Origin: Candidatus Hydrogenedentota bacterium
GTDB taxonomy: Bacteria > Hydrogenedentota > Hydrogenedentia > Hydrogenedentales > JAEUWI01
DNA length: 64,000 bases
NCBI GenBank assembly: GCA_034669905.1
Contig: JAXMOL010000001.1
Location: 96,001 to 160,000, forward strand
Direction: 5' to 3'
A program made the position numbers and the translations under genes. A model generated the notes under the pieces. It had not been told where the DNA came from and ran no database searches. It worked only from the letters and a program-made list of their open reading frames with translations. Below are positions 20,965 through 30,856 of the stretch, in pieces. Numbering within the stretch: the stretch's first letter is position 1; each line of letters starts with the position of its first letter.

Positions 20965-22803
20965 TTCGGGAGCCGCTTCCTCGACCGGTGCCGGGGGCAG
21001 TTCATAGCACACCGCCTCGGAGTCATTGCGCACGAAGAGCTTTCCGCCCGATACGACGGGATGGTTCCAGGTCTTGCTGTTCAACGCCTGCATGCGGGCC
21101 ACGATGTTCCCCTCTTCGGGGAAGGCCGGGATCATGAGCACCTCGCCCGACTCCGTGAGCACCAGCAGCATCTCAAACTTCGAGAGCAGCAAGATCTGAC
21201 CCCCGACCCGATCGCCCGTCCAGCGCACCTTGCCGTCCGTCGTATCCATACAAGCCAGCCGGTTGCCGTCGAAGCCGTAACAATAGCCATAGTAATAGAC
21301 GAAGTCATTGAAATAGGGCCGGAAGCGGTCACTCGTCCACATGGTCTTCGTCGTCCAGACGTTGGTCTCGGCGTCCACTTCCGCCTTGATAAGGCGGGCA
21401 CCTTTGCCCTGTCCCCCACCGCCGATGACATTGTAGAGATCCATTACAAAGGGCTGGGCGACCCGGGGGTTACTCCGAATGTCCCACTCCTGATCCCAGA
21501 GGGGCGTACCCGTCTTGGGGTCGAAGGATTCGATACCGTAGTTGCTGCTGATGAGCACCTGGGGCCGAAGGGCCACCTCGCCAAACTGGGGCGACACATA
21601 ACCATTGCCCCCCTTGCCGGCCGTCCAAACGGGTTCGCCCGATGCCGCGTTGTAGGCCAGCAGGCTCTTGCCGTCGCCCGCCGCCGAATAGGTGATCACC
21701 AGGTCATTCACCACCAGGGGCGAGCTGCAGAAGCCCCACGTGGGGATACGGGTATCCGCATCTTCCGCGATGTTTCGTTGCCATTGGGTGACCCCGGTGG
21801 CCGCATCGATACACTGGAGTATGCCCGTGGCCCCCTGGGTGTAGAGCAATCCCTTGTTAAAGGTGGGCGTAGCCCGAGGACCATTCCCCATACGCTCGAC
21901 GAACTGCGCCTCCACCAGATTAACCCACACTTGCTCGCCCGTGGCGACGGCGTAGCACACGACCGCTTCCTGCTCACCCCGTTGCTCCTGGGTGAAGCAA
22001 TAATCGCCCACGACGGCAAAAGAGGACCAGCCGGGTCCGACGGGTCGACGCCAGAGCTCCTTGGGCGGATTGTTTTCCCAATCGAGCCCAAAGGTATCCA
22101 CCCGGTTGCGCCCTTCCCGCTCCGCACCGCGAAAACCGGGCCAATCGGTGGGTGCGGCCGTCTTCGGCACCGCCGCTACCTCGTTTTCCTGGACGGCAAT
22201 GGGGTCGGCCCCCTCCCAGCGCCAGCCCAGCAAGGGCGCCATGTTTCCGTTGACGCCGACGACCTGCAAGAGGCTGAAAGCGACGGTACAACAACCCAGG
22301 GCGACGAGCAACCCTTTACGCTGTGCCTCCCAGGCCATGCCCCGGGTACAGACTGTCATAACCACCACGGCGGTGGTGACGGCGGGCAACAGATAAATCA
22401 GGAAAAAGATATCGAAAGGCCGGGCCGTGAGCAAGGGAATGGCTATCGCCAGGGCAGCGAGACCCACCCCCATAAGCCTATCCCTGAGGGGAATCGACAT
22501 GGAGAAGAGCCACCAGCCCAAGAGAAGCACGGCCGCCACCAACGGCACGATGCCAATACCTACGTAGGTTCGAAAGGGCGTCGTGCTTGTTTCGATGAAG
22601 TAAAAGGTCGTGGCCAGGTGGACCACCGCGACGAGCAGGGGAAAGACGACGGACAGACGCGGTATGCGGGGTGCGGAGGCTTCGACTTCGGTGGCCGCTT
22701 CCTCGGCGGGACTATCACTTTCCACCGTTGACTCCGCACCCTCAGAATTTTCGGGCGTTTCGGTGGCTTCCGTTTCCGGGGTATCTTTCTTTTCGTCGGT
22801 CAT
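20941..22803 (-). CDS. Membrane-anchored PQQ-like (BamB-type) beta-propeller protein
   Basis: Several N-terminal TM segments; DWPGFRG, GPGWSS, GPRATP, WGFCSSP, KTWNHPVV..GKLFVRN. Confidence 0.85.
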   Translation of the reverse strand: MTDEKKDTPETEATETPENSEGAESTVESDSPAEEAATEVEASAPRIPRLSVVFPLLVAVVHLATTFYFIETSTTPFRTYVGIGIVPLVAAVLLLGWWLFSMSIPLRDRLMGVGLAALAIAIPLLTARPFDIFFLIYLLPAVTTAVVVMTVCTRGMAWEAQRKGLLVALGCCTVAFSLLQVVGVNGNMAPLLGWRWEGADPIAVQENEVAAVPKTAAPTDWPGFRGAEREGRNRVDTFGLDWENNPPKELWRRPVGPGWSSFAVVGDYCFTQEQRGEQEAVVCYAVATGEQVWVNLVEAQFVERMGNGPRATPTFNKGLLYTQGATGILQCIDAATGVTQWQRNIAEDADTRIPTWGFCSSPLVVNDLVITYSAAGDGKSLLAYNAASGEPVWTAGKGGNGYVSPQFGEVALRPQVLISSNYGIESFDPKTGTPLWDQEWDIRSNPRVAQPFVMDLYNVIGGGGQGKGARLIKAEVDAETNVWTTKTMWTSDRFRPYFNDFVYYYGYCYGFDGNRLACMDTTDGKVRWTGDRVGGQILLLSKFEMLLVLTESGEVLMIPAFPEEGNIVARMQALNSKTWNHPVVSGGKLFVRNDSEAVCYELPPAPVEEAAPEAEAEAAH

Positions 22804-23004
22804 TACCGAAGGATCTCCGTAGCTGCGGGGGGACAAGAAACGTGGGCATAGTAAGACCATTCAGACACGGGTATCAAATGAGGTCGCTGTACCAGCCGTT
22901 CAAACACGAACTCCTGACGGACGAGCGGGAGTGGAAAAGTACCCAACAGGTTACTGGTACAGGGCCACGGAACTAATCACCCAATGTCCACATGAAACCT
23001 GCTG

Positions 23005-24462
23005 CTACGCCAGCAAGGGCCTGAGCACCCGGCCATGCACATCGGTGAGCCGCATGTCGCGACCTCCGAAGCGATAGGTCAATTGCTCGTGGTTCATCCC
23101 GAGTTGGTGAAGAATCGTAGCGTGGATGTCGTGAATATCGACGAGGTCTTCCACGGCCGACATGCCCATTTCATCGGTCGCTCCGTAGGTCATCCCCCCC
23201 TTGATACCGCCACCGGCCATCCAGACGGTATAGCCACTGACATGGTGGTCCCGCCCGTCGCCCCCGCCGCTGTGGGGTGTCCGGCCCATTTCGCCGGCCC
23301 AAAGCACGAGGGTTTCGTCGAGGAGGCCCCGGGCCTTGAGGTCCATCAACAGGGCGGCCACGGGCTGGTCGGTGATGCGGGCGTTTTCTTCGTGGCGCAA
23401 CTTCAGTTCGCCATGCTGATCCCAGGGCGCGTTGTTGGGGTGGGTCAGGGGACAGGTAATCTCCACGAAGCGCACGCCAGACTCCACCATGCGCCGGGCA
23501 CGGAGGCATTGCAAGGCATAGAAGCGGTCATAGTCGTCTTTTCGGTCGACCCCGTAGAGGGCCAGCGTCGCCTTGGACTCGCCGGACACATCGCACAAGT
23601 CCGGCACAAGAGACTGCATGTGGGCTGCCGTCTCGTAGTTGCGAATGGCTGATTCGATGGCATGAGAACCGCCTCGCGCCTCCGCCACAGCCCCGTCCTG
23701 GGCGCGGAGAAAGTCGAGCTTGGCCCGTTGCACGGCCGCGGGATCAGCGGGGATGATGTTGTCCACCGGATCGCCCTGGGCGCGCACGACGGCGGCCTCG
23801 TGGGTGGCGGGCAACCAGGCACTCGCAAAATTCTGCGCACCGCCATTGGGCACCCAGTCGTTGTTCAGCAGGACATAGCCCGGAAGCTGTTCGTTATCCG
23901 TTCCCAGGCCGTACGACACCCAGGCCCCCATGCTCGGGGCCGCACCGATGCTGCGCCCTGTGTGGAGCAGAAGATTCTGCGCCCCGTGAAGGGGCGTCTC
24001 CCCCACCACCGAACGAACCACGCACAGGTCATCGGCGACGCGGGCCACGTGGGGAAAAAGGTCACTGACCCAGAGGCCCGACTCGCCCCGTTGCTTGAAG
24101 GCCCAGGGACTCTTCAACCATTTCCGCGAGGGGCTGATACTCTGGGAGCCTTTGTCGGCTACCCAGTCCGCCTGCTGGCCGTCCCGCTTGTCGAGTTCCG
24201 GCTTGGGGTCGAAAGTATCCACGTGGGACACGCCCCCATCCATGAACAGAAAAATCACATGTTTCGCTCTGGGCGCGAAGTGGGGCGTCACGGCGTGGGA
24301 CTCGGCCGCGGCCCATTGATTCGCCAGTCCGCCGAAAGCCAGCATGCCAAAGCCCATGTTGCTCCGCTTCAGGAAGCCCCGGCGGCTCATGACCGGCGTG
24401 TCGAAGCCGGGGCATCGGGGGTTTCGTGAGTCTACGCCCGGGAGCGTGCGCTTACTGGACAT
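23005..24462 (-). CDS. DUF1501 family protein (Tat, sulfatase-like)
   Basis: SRRGFL; AKHVIFLFMDGGVSHVDTFDPKP; GEMGRTP; GRDH; RLTDVHG. Confidence 0.92.
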   Translation of the reverse strand: MSSKRTLPGVDSRNPRCPGFDTPVMSRRGFLKRSNMGFGMLAFGGLANQWAAAESHAVTPHFAPRAKHVIFLFMDGGVSHVDTFDPKPELDKRDGQQADWVADKGSQSISPSRKWLKSPWAFKQRGESGLWVSDLFPHVARVADDLCVVRSVVGETPLHGAQNLLLHTGRSIGAAPSMGAWVSYGLGTDNEQLPGYVLLNNDWVPNGGAQNFASAWLPATHEAAVVRAQGDPVDNIIPADPAAVQRAKLDFLRAQDGAVAEARGGSHAIESAIRNYETAAHMQSLVPDLCDVSGESKATLALYGVDRKDDYDRFYALQCLRARRMVESGVRFVEITCPLTHPNNAPWDQHGELKLRHEENARITDQPVAALLMDLKARGLLDETLVLWAGEMGRTPHSGGGDGRDHHVSGYTVWMAGGGIKGGMTYGATDEMGMSAVEDLVDIHDIHATILHQLGMNHEQLTYRFGGRDMRLTDVHGRVLRPLLA

Positions 24463-27400
24463 AAATGAATTCCTTGAGATTGAAGATGGCGTGGGCCACA
24501 TCCTGCCACACGGGCTGACTCGATAGCAGGGCTTCCATGGGCACGCCGCGAAGTTCCGCGCATTGCCCGGCAAAGTCCACAAAGCGGGCCGTCTCTTCCG
24601 CCGAAGGGGGGCGGGCAAAGGCGGTGTTGAACATCGTAGATACCCGCGCAGCGACTGTTTCGTCTTCGGTGGCGACCACCTCCCCACTCCACCTGGCCGC
24701 CATCGCCATGACAAAGGGGTCGTTAAGCATGGCCAGGGCCTGGTTGGGCACGTTGGTCGTGTCACGGCGGCCCGTCGTCAACATGGGGATGGGCTGGTTA
24801 AAGAGGGCCAGGAATCGGGGCATCTCCATGAGGGTCATTTTCTGGTAAATGCTGCGACGGCCCAGCCCATCGAGGGGACCGGCATAAAGGCGTTTGGTCG
24901 AATCTTCGGCCACGCGGTAGGGATTGATGGGCGGTCCGAAGAGATCCGGCTCCAGCCGCCCCGAGGCCGCGAGCATGGCGTCCCGGATGGCTTCGGCTTC
25001 CAGACGGCGGAGGGGCATGTGGTGCCACAGGCGGTTTTCGGGATCCACCGTCACCCCTGCTTCCGTGGGCACGCTTCCCTGTCGCCACGTGGCGGAGGTG
25101 ACCAACCGTGTAATCAGTTTCTTGGTTGACCAGCCTTCTTCCACAAAGCGGTGGGAGAGCCAATCCAGCAATTCAGGGTGGGAAGGTTGCTCTCCCAGAT
25201 GGCCAAAGTCGTCTACCGTGCGCACGATGCCCGCGCCGAAAAGGTGGTGCCAGATTCGGTTGACGTAGACCCGTGCCGTGAGGGGATTGTCCGCCCGGGC
25301 GAGGTTCTGCGCCAGTTCCAGACGACCACTGCCGGTGGAGACCCCCTCCACGCCGGGCGCGTCCAGAAAGCGAATGGTCCCCCGGGGCACTTCCTCGCCC
25401 AGCGCGGTATAGGAACCCCGAATACCAATCTTCGCATTCTCACCATCGTACCAATCATCCGCCGAGCCCACGGTGCGCTCGGGCTGGAGCCGGGCCTCGG
25501 TTTCACGGTAGCGGGCGACCAGGGCTGCGAGGTCGGGGTGCTCGGCCGTGGTGTTCGGTAGCCACCCGGCGATTAACACCTCGTTTATGAGTCGCACATC
25601 ATCTTCATCGCAGGTACCGACCCGCCAATGCTCCACGGCGGCCATGACCGACGCGGTGATACGGGATGTGGCCTCCGCCATCGTCGCGGGCGGTGACGAC
25701 AGGGCAAACAAGGACGCGAGGTACCCCCATTCGTCGACGGGGGTATAGCCCGGTGTCACATTATAGGCGTGGGTTACGCCAAACCAGGAGCGGGGATCCG
25801 CTTCGATGGCCTGTTTCAAGCCGCCGTAGTTATCCCGGGGCGGATAGTAGTTGTTGAGGGATTTGGTCACCATTTCGAGATAGACCAATCGCGGCGTATT
25901 ATCCGGACCACCGGCCAGGGCAGCGTGGTTCCCGGCCGTGAAGGTCAGCCATCCCATGGTGGGCTGCTTGAGAAACTTCATGCGCTCGCTGTGAAAGGCA
26001 TTGTCCACCACCAGCGATTCGGCGGCGTAATCACCCCCCGCGTAGGCCAGGGCCAGGGTCGGCGGTGGGTCCTGGGGCAACAGATCACTGCGCAAGGCAC
26101 CCGCCAATCGTTTGGACCACACGTGGGACCAGCGCCCGGCGGGCAGGAGCTGTGCCACGAGGGCATCTCCTTCGTCCGCCACCACGAGGGCACCGTGATC
26201 GACAAGGCCATGCTTCATTCCCAGCCCGTCCGTGCGCCACCCCTCGGGCACCGCCTCTCCCGTGAAGTCGGCGGTGAGCGTCAGGTTTTTCTGGTTACCT
26301 GCCACCCGTGCGGCCCGCTCTTCGCGATAGCGGTCTGCCAGGGTCGTCCAGACGGATTCCACCGTTTCTCCCCCTTCCACCGCCTGCAACAGGTAGTCAC
26401 GGAGGGCCACGACCTGCGCCGGGAAAGGCACTTCTTCCGGGGCGGCCTGCACTTTCTTCGCCGTCTTCTTCTCATCTTCCTCGGGCACCGGCGGTGCCGT
26501 GGCGATACGTGATTCCACCAGGCTCCGGGCATCGGACCAGAACCCGCCAAGCGCCTGCTTCATTGCCGATTTAATCGTCGCCAACTCTTCGAGGACGGGG
26601 CCATTCGGGACCTCCGCCTCGGCACTGCGCACAGTCCACCGCGAACTCATCAGGACACCCGCGAGGCTGTAGTAGTCCCGTTGCGCCACCGCGTCCAGCT
26701 TGTGGTCATGGCATTGGGCACAGGCCACGGTGGTGGCAATAAAGCTCTTGCTCACCGTGTCAATCATGTTGGCAATGGCTTCCTGGGTGACCCCCTCGGC
26801 CGCCGCATTATCGCCGTGACGTCGTTCCCCCATCCGCATGGACATGGGACCAATCATGGCCTCGTTGAGGCCCGTTTCCTGGTCCACCCGGGGGGGCAGC
26901 AGGTCCCCGGCGATTTGCTCAAGCACCAGCTGACGATAAGGCACATCGTTGTTATAGGCCCGAATGAGGTAATCCCGATACCGCCACGCATTCTTCGCAG
27001 GCGCATCCCATTCGTAGCCGTGGGTGTCGGAATAGTGGACCACGTCCATCCAGTGGCGTGCCCAACGCTCGCCGAAGTGTGGGCTGGCCAAATAATGTTG
27101 CACGAGGGCCTCGTAGGCGGCATCGGTGGGATTCGCGGCATAGTCCGCCACTTCCGCAGGCGTGGGTGGCAATCCCGTGAGGGCGAAACTCAATCGTCGC
27201 ACGAGGGCCCGGGGCTCGGCTTCGGGCACCGGGGTCAACGCGGCAGCCGTGAGGGATGCGAGTATGAAGGCATCCACCTCATTACGCGGCCAGGACGAAT
27301 GGGTCGTTTCGGGGGGCGTAACCGATGCGACGGGCTGGAGGCTCCACCACGCTTTTCGCTCCTGGTAGAGGGCCTCCCATCCGTCGTCCGCGGTGGCCCT

Positions 27401-27823
27401 GAGCTCCGTAAGGGGACGGGTGTCCATGGCCCCAGCCTCAATCCATTCGATCAACGTGGCGATTTCTTCCGCCTTCAGTTTGGCCTTGGGCGGCATCTGA
27501 AATTCTTTGTCGATGTGCTGCACCGCTGTGATAATGCGGCTTGCTTCGGGCTCTCCAGGCACCAGGATGGGCCCCCCTTCACCGCCGCGCACGATACCGG
27601 AGCGGGAATCGAGGGCCAGGCCTCCCTTGATTCTATGGGCGTGGCTGTGACATTCGAAGCAATTGGCCTCCAGGATGGGCCCTACCCGGGTGGCAAAGAA
27701 ATCCTCCGAGACCCCGACTGGCGCGGCGAGCAGGAGGAGCACGACGCCAAGCCCAGCGGGCCAACGGGTCCAGAAAAGGGCTTTTGAGCCCTGAGGGGGT
27801 GGGGTTATCATCATTGTGGCCAC
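24452..27823 (-). CDS. PSD1 / planctomycete cytochrome c domain protein (DUF1549/DUF1553)
   Basis: CFECH; GERWARHWMDVVHY; CAQCHDHK; NPLTARVYVNRIWHHLFG; PSHPELLDWL; RRLEAEAIRD; overlaps the DUF1501 gene. Confidence 0.92.
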   Translation of the reverse strand: MATMMITPPPQGSKALFWTRWPAGLGVVLLLLAAPVGVSEDFFATRVGPILEANCFECHSHAHRIKGGLALDSRSGIVRGGEGGPILVPGEPEASRIITAVQHIDKEFQMPPKAKLKAEEIATLIEWIEAGAMDTRPLTELRATADDGWEALYQERKAWWSLQPVASVTPPETTHSSWPRNEVDAFILASLTAAALTPVPEAEPRALVRRLSFALTGLPPTPAEVADYAANPTDAAYEALVQHYLASPHFGERWARHWMDVVHYSDTHGYEWDAPAKNAWRYRDYLIRAYNNDVPYRQLVLEQIAGDLLPPRVDQETGLNEAMIGPMSMRMGERRHGDNAAAEGVTQEAIANMIDTVSKSFIATTVACAQCHDHKLDAVAQRDYYSLAGVLMSSRWTVRSAEAEVPNGPVLEELATIKSAMKQALGGFWSDARSLVESRIATAPPVPEEDEKKTAKKVQAAPEEVPFPAQVVALRDYLLQAVEGGETVESVWTTLADRYREERAARVAGNQKNLTLTADFTGEAVPEGWRTDGLGMKHGLVDHGALVVADEGDALVAQLLPAGRWSHVWSKRLAGALRSDLLPQDPPPTLALAYAGGDYAAESLVVDNAFHSERMKFLKQPTMGWLTFTAGNHAALAGGPDNTPRLVYLEMVTKSLNNYYPPRDNYGGLKQAIEADPRSWFGVTHAYNVTPGYTPVDEWGYLASLFALSSPPATMAEATSRITASVMAAVEHWRVGTCDEDDVRLINEVLIAGWLPNTTAEHPDLAALVARYRETEARLQPERTVGSADDWYDGENAKIGIRGSYTALGEEVPRGTIRFLDAPGVEGVSTGSGRLELAQNLARADNPLTARVYVNRIWHHLFGAGIVRTVDDFGHLGEQPSHPELLDWLSHRFVEEGWSTKKLITRLVTSATWRQGSVPTEAGVTVDPENRLWHHMPLRRLEAEAIRDAMLAASGRLEPDLFGPPINPYRVAEDSTKRLYAGPLDGLGRRSIYQKMTLMEMPRFLALFNQPIPMLTTGRRDTTNVPNQALAMLNDPFVMAMAARWSGEVVATEDETVAARVSTMFNTAFARPPSAEETARFVDFAGQCAELRGVPMEALLSSQPVWQDVAHAIFNLKEFIYVQ

Positions 27824-28054
27824 TCACGCTAATAGGGCACGCCACCACCACGGCCCGCCACGTCCTGGTCGGCAACCCTTCCCTTGAAAAACTAACAATA
27901 CCATCATGCCAATATAATGCCACTTTTGCAATGGACCTGTCTGATAAGCCGGTAGGACGCCGTCCTGCTCGCAGGCGGGCGTTGCATTGCCTCCCGCTGC
28001 TTGCCATAATCCAATGCATAAGCAACTGTAACGTTATCTTCCAAGGAGTCCCCC

Positions 28055-28969
28055 ATGCGTAACTGGAATTTCTCCCCGATAGTATCGGGAGCGGTTGGCG
28101 GGCTTGTCGCCCTCCTCAGCCTCGTTGGATGTGCCACCGCCAACACGGAGGGGAACGCACCCGCAGCACAGGCCCAATCCGTCGCACCGGGCTCGCTGGT
28201 ACTGGCCGTTACGGGCGATGGCCCCCGGGGCGAAGAGGACTGGACCCTCCTTCCCGAGTATTTTGAGGCGGAAAAGGCCGATGGCCGGGCGAAATATCTC
28301 ATCCACACGGGGGATCTCTGTAAGGGTTCCCAGCTCTTCGATGCCGGTTACAGCGCCAAAGTGGCCGCCCTTTACCGCCGTTCCCCGATACCTGTCATCT
28401 TTGTGGTGGGCGATAACGAGTGGAATGACCAGCCCGATCCCGACGCCAGTTGGCCCTTGTGGGAAAAAGATTTCATGCGCCACTACGAGGCCTATCCCAA
28501 TGGCCCGAAGGTAGCGCGCCAGGAAGGCTATCCCGAAAACATCGCCTGGATGGAAGACGGCGTGCTCCTCATTGGCATCAATCTCGTCAGTGGTTTCATG
28601 CACGATGCAGAAGAGTGGGGCTATCGCCACCGCGCCAATGCGGAATGGGTCGACCACAACCTCGCGCTCCATGGTGACGACGCCTATGCGGTCGTATTAA
28701 TCGCCCAGGCCGCCCCCAAGCGCGTGCATGAAGACTTCCTGACCCCCTTCGTGGAGTCGGTGGCCGCATACGGGAAACCGGTCCTCTATGTTCACGGCGA
28801 TGGCCACGTATGGCAAATCGAAGAAAACTGGCGTGCCCCTAACCTGACCCGGATCCAGGTGGACCAGGTCACCCGCGCGCGGCCGGTCCATATTATTGTA
28901 TCCCCGGAAAACCCCACTCATCCCTTCTCTTACGACCGCCACGGTGCGGGCATGGACACGAAAGAATGA
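28055..28969 (+). CDS. Calcineurin-like metallophosphoesterase lipoprotein
   Basis: Lipobox LVGC; GD, HTGD, GDNEWND, HGDGH motifs. Confidence 0.8.
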   Translation: MRNWNFSPIVSGAVGGLVALLSLVGCATANTEGNAPAAQAQSVAPGSLVLAVTGDGPRGEEDWTLLPEYFEAEKADGRAKYLIHTGDLCKGSQLFDAGYSAKVAALYRRSPIPVIFVVGDNEWNDQPDPDASWPLWEKDFMRHYEAYPNGPKVARQEGYPENIAWMEDGVLLIGINLVSGFMHDAEEWGYRHRANAEWVDHNLALHGDDAYAVVLIAQAAPKRVHEDFLTPFVESVAAYGKPVLYVHGDGHVWQIEENWRAPNLTRIQVDQVTRARPVHIIVSPENPTHPFSYDRHGAGMDTKE

Positions 28970-29766
28970 TATCGATGAAACACTGCTGTACCCCCCTCCT
29001 TCTCGCCTTTTTTACCCTCATTGCCACCGGCACCACTTCGGCCCAGGAACAGGATGGAATGACCACCGGCTTTGTGAACAAGACCATCACCGTGCATTCC
29101 ACCGAGGAACGCTATGTTGTTTATGTACCGGAAAACTATACGGCGGAGACGGCCTGGCCGCTGATTGTCTTCCTGCACGGTGCCGGCGAACGGGGTGACG
29201 ATGGCGTTGCCCAGACCATTGCCGGTATCGGACCGGCCATCAAGAAAGACCCCTCTCGCTTCCCGGCCATCGTGCTCATGCCCCAATGTCCGAAGGAGCA
29301 GGTGTGGAATACCCGGCATGACTTCCTGGAAGCGGAGCTGGAAGCGACCCTGAAAGAATTTAACATCGACCCGAAGCGCATCTACTTGACCGGTCTCTCC
29401 ATGGGTGGCTACGGGGCCTGGCTCTGGGGCGCCCTCCATACCGATACCTTTGCGGCCATCATGCCCATCTGCGGCGGTGGCGACCCCTATGAAATCCAGA
29501 AGCTTCTCAACGTGGGCGGTGGCAACCCCTATGGCAGCCTGGCCTCCCGCGTGCGCGCCCTCGCCACGGTGCCCATATGGGCCTTTCATGGCGGGGCCGA
29601 TGGCGTGGTCCCTCCCGAGCGCACCCGTGAAATGGTGGCCGCCATCAAGGCGCAGGGCGGCAACATCCAACATACCGAGTATGAGGGCGTAGGGCACAAC
29701 TCCTGGGACAAAGCCTATCAGGAGAGCGAAGGCATCCCCTGGCTCCTGTCCCAGAAAAAGCCCTGA
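28966..29766 (+). CDS. Secreted alpha/beta hydrolase (esterase/peptidase)
   Basis: PLIVFLHGAGERG, RIYLTGLSMGGYG, WAFHGGAD, GHNSW. Confidence 0.88.
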   Translation: MISMKHCCTPLLLAFFTLIATGTTSAQEQDGMTTGFVNKTITVHSTEERYVVYVPENYTAETAWPLIVFLHGAGERGDDGVAQTIAGIGPAIKKDPSRFPAIVLMPQCPKEQVWNTRHDFLEAELEATLKEFNIDPKRIYLTGLSMGGYGAWLWGALHTDTFAAIMPICGGGDPYEIQKLLNVGGGNPYGSLASRVRALATVPIWAFHGGADGVVPPERTREMVAAIKAQGGNIQHTEYEGVGHNSWDKAYQESEGIPWLLSQKKP

Positions 29767-29844
29767 TGGCGTGCCCACAGTAGGCATAATTCCGGTCTTG
29801 ACAGAAACCTTGCACAGGAAAACGTAGATTGGTTCCGATTCCGT

Positions 29845-30297
29845 ATGTACGAATACTCCCATCCGCGCCCCATGGTCACCACCGATGTCGTGCTCTTTCG
29901 CAATCACGAAGACACCCCAGAGGTTCTGCTGATTAAACGGGCTAAAGAGCCCTTCGCCGGTCAGTGGGCATTCCCCGGGGGCTTTGTGGATGAGGGCGAA
30001 GACCTGGAAGCGGCCGCACTCCGGGAATTGCAGGAGGAGACGGGCCTGACTGCGGTGACCTTGTTTCAGTACCGTACTGTCGGGACGCCGGGCCGGGATC
30101 CCCGGGGCCATACCATATCCGTAGTCTACGCGGGGATGTGCCCCTTGGAAGACAGCGCGGTCACCGGGGGCGATGATGCGGCCGAGGCCGCCTGGTTTCC
30201 CCTGGGCGACTTGCCCGAGCTGGCCTTTGATCACGCCGAAATCCTGGCCACCATGCGCCACGGAAACCTGGAGGAGTTGGACGATGAAAGTGAATGA
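29845..30297 (+). CDS. NUDIX hydrolase (ADP-ribose pyrophosphatase/NrtR-like Nudix domain)
   Basis: Nudix box GGFVDEGEDLEAAALRELQEETG; RDPRG; LAFDH. Confidence 0.9.
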   Translation: MYEYSHPRPMVTTDVVLFRNHEDTPEVLLIKRAKEPFAGQWAFPGGFVDEGEDLEAAALRELQEETGLTAVTLFQYRTVGTPGRDPRGHTISVVYAGMCPLEDSAVTGGDDAAEAAWFPLGDLPELAFDHAEILATMRHGNLEELDDESE

Positions 30298-30856
30298 CAC
30301 CGACGCCCTGATTGTGGTTGATGTGCAAAACGACTTTTGCCCCGGCGGTGCCTTACCCGTCCTCGGGGGCGAAGGGGTTGTCCGTGTCATCAACCCCCTC
30401 CAGCTCAAGTTTTCCCGCCTCTATTTCACGCGGGACTGGCACCCCCAGGACCACTGCAGCTTCAGCGATTCGCCCACCTTCCAAGACGGCAGCTGGCCGG
30501 AGCATTGTGTGCAGGATTCACCCGGGGCCGAGTTTCACGGCGACCTGCACGTGCCATCTGATGCCATCATCATCAGCAAAGGCACCGATTCCAACGCGGA
30601 AGCCTACAGCGGTTTTCAGGGCACCGACCTCGCGGAACGTCTCCGGGCGGCGGGTACGACCCGGGTCTTTGTCGCGGGACTGGCCACCGACTACTGTGTG
30701 AAGGCAACGGCACTGGACGCCCTGGCCGCAGGTTTCGAAACCGTGTTGATTGAAGATGGCTGCCGCGCGGTAAACGATGCGACCGGCCAGGCGGCCCTGG
30801 CAGAAATGGAGGCCGCCGGTATCCGTCGTTGCCGTGGGGTGGAGGTAGCACCATGA
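30284..30856 (+). CDS. pncA: Nicotinamidase
   Basis: ALIVVDVQNDFCPGGAL, DWHP, WPEHCV, EAYSGF, GLATDYCV. Confidence 0.93.
   Translation: MKVNDTDALIVVDVQNDFCPGGALPVLGGEGVVRVINPLQLKFSRLYFTRDWHPQDHCSFSDSPTFQDGSWPEHCVQDSPGAEFHGDLHVPSDAIIISKGTDSNAEAYSGFQGTDLAERLRAAGTTRVFVAGLATDYCVKATALDALAAGFETVLIEDGCRAVNDATGQAALAEMEAAGIRRCRGVEVAP

Noticed and set aside
28027..28038. LacI-type operator TGTAACGTTATC
   Set aside because: Short imperfect match and no regulator nearby
29770..29844. NrtR operator upstream of the NAD cluster
   Set aside because: No convincing GT-N7-AC palindrome, and the NUDIX protein lacks a DNA-binding domain
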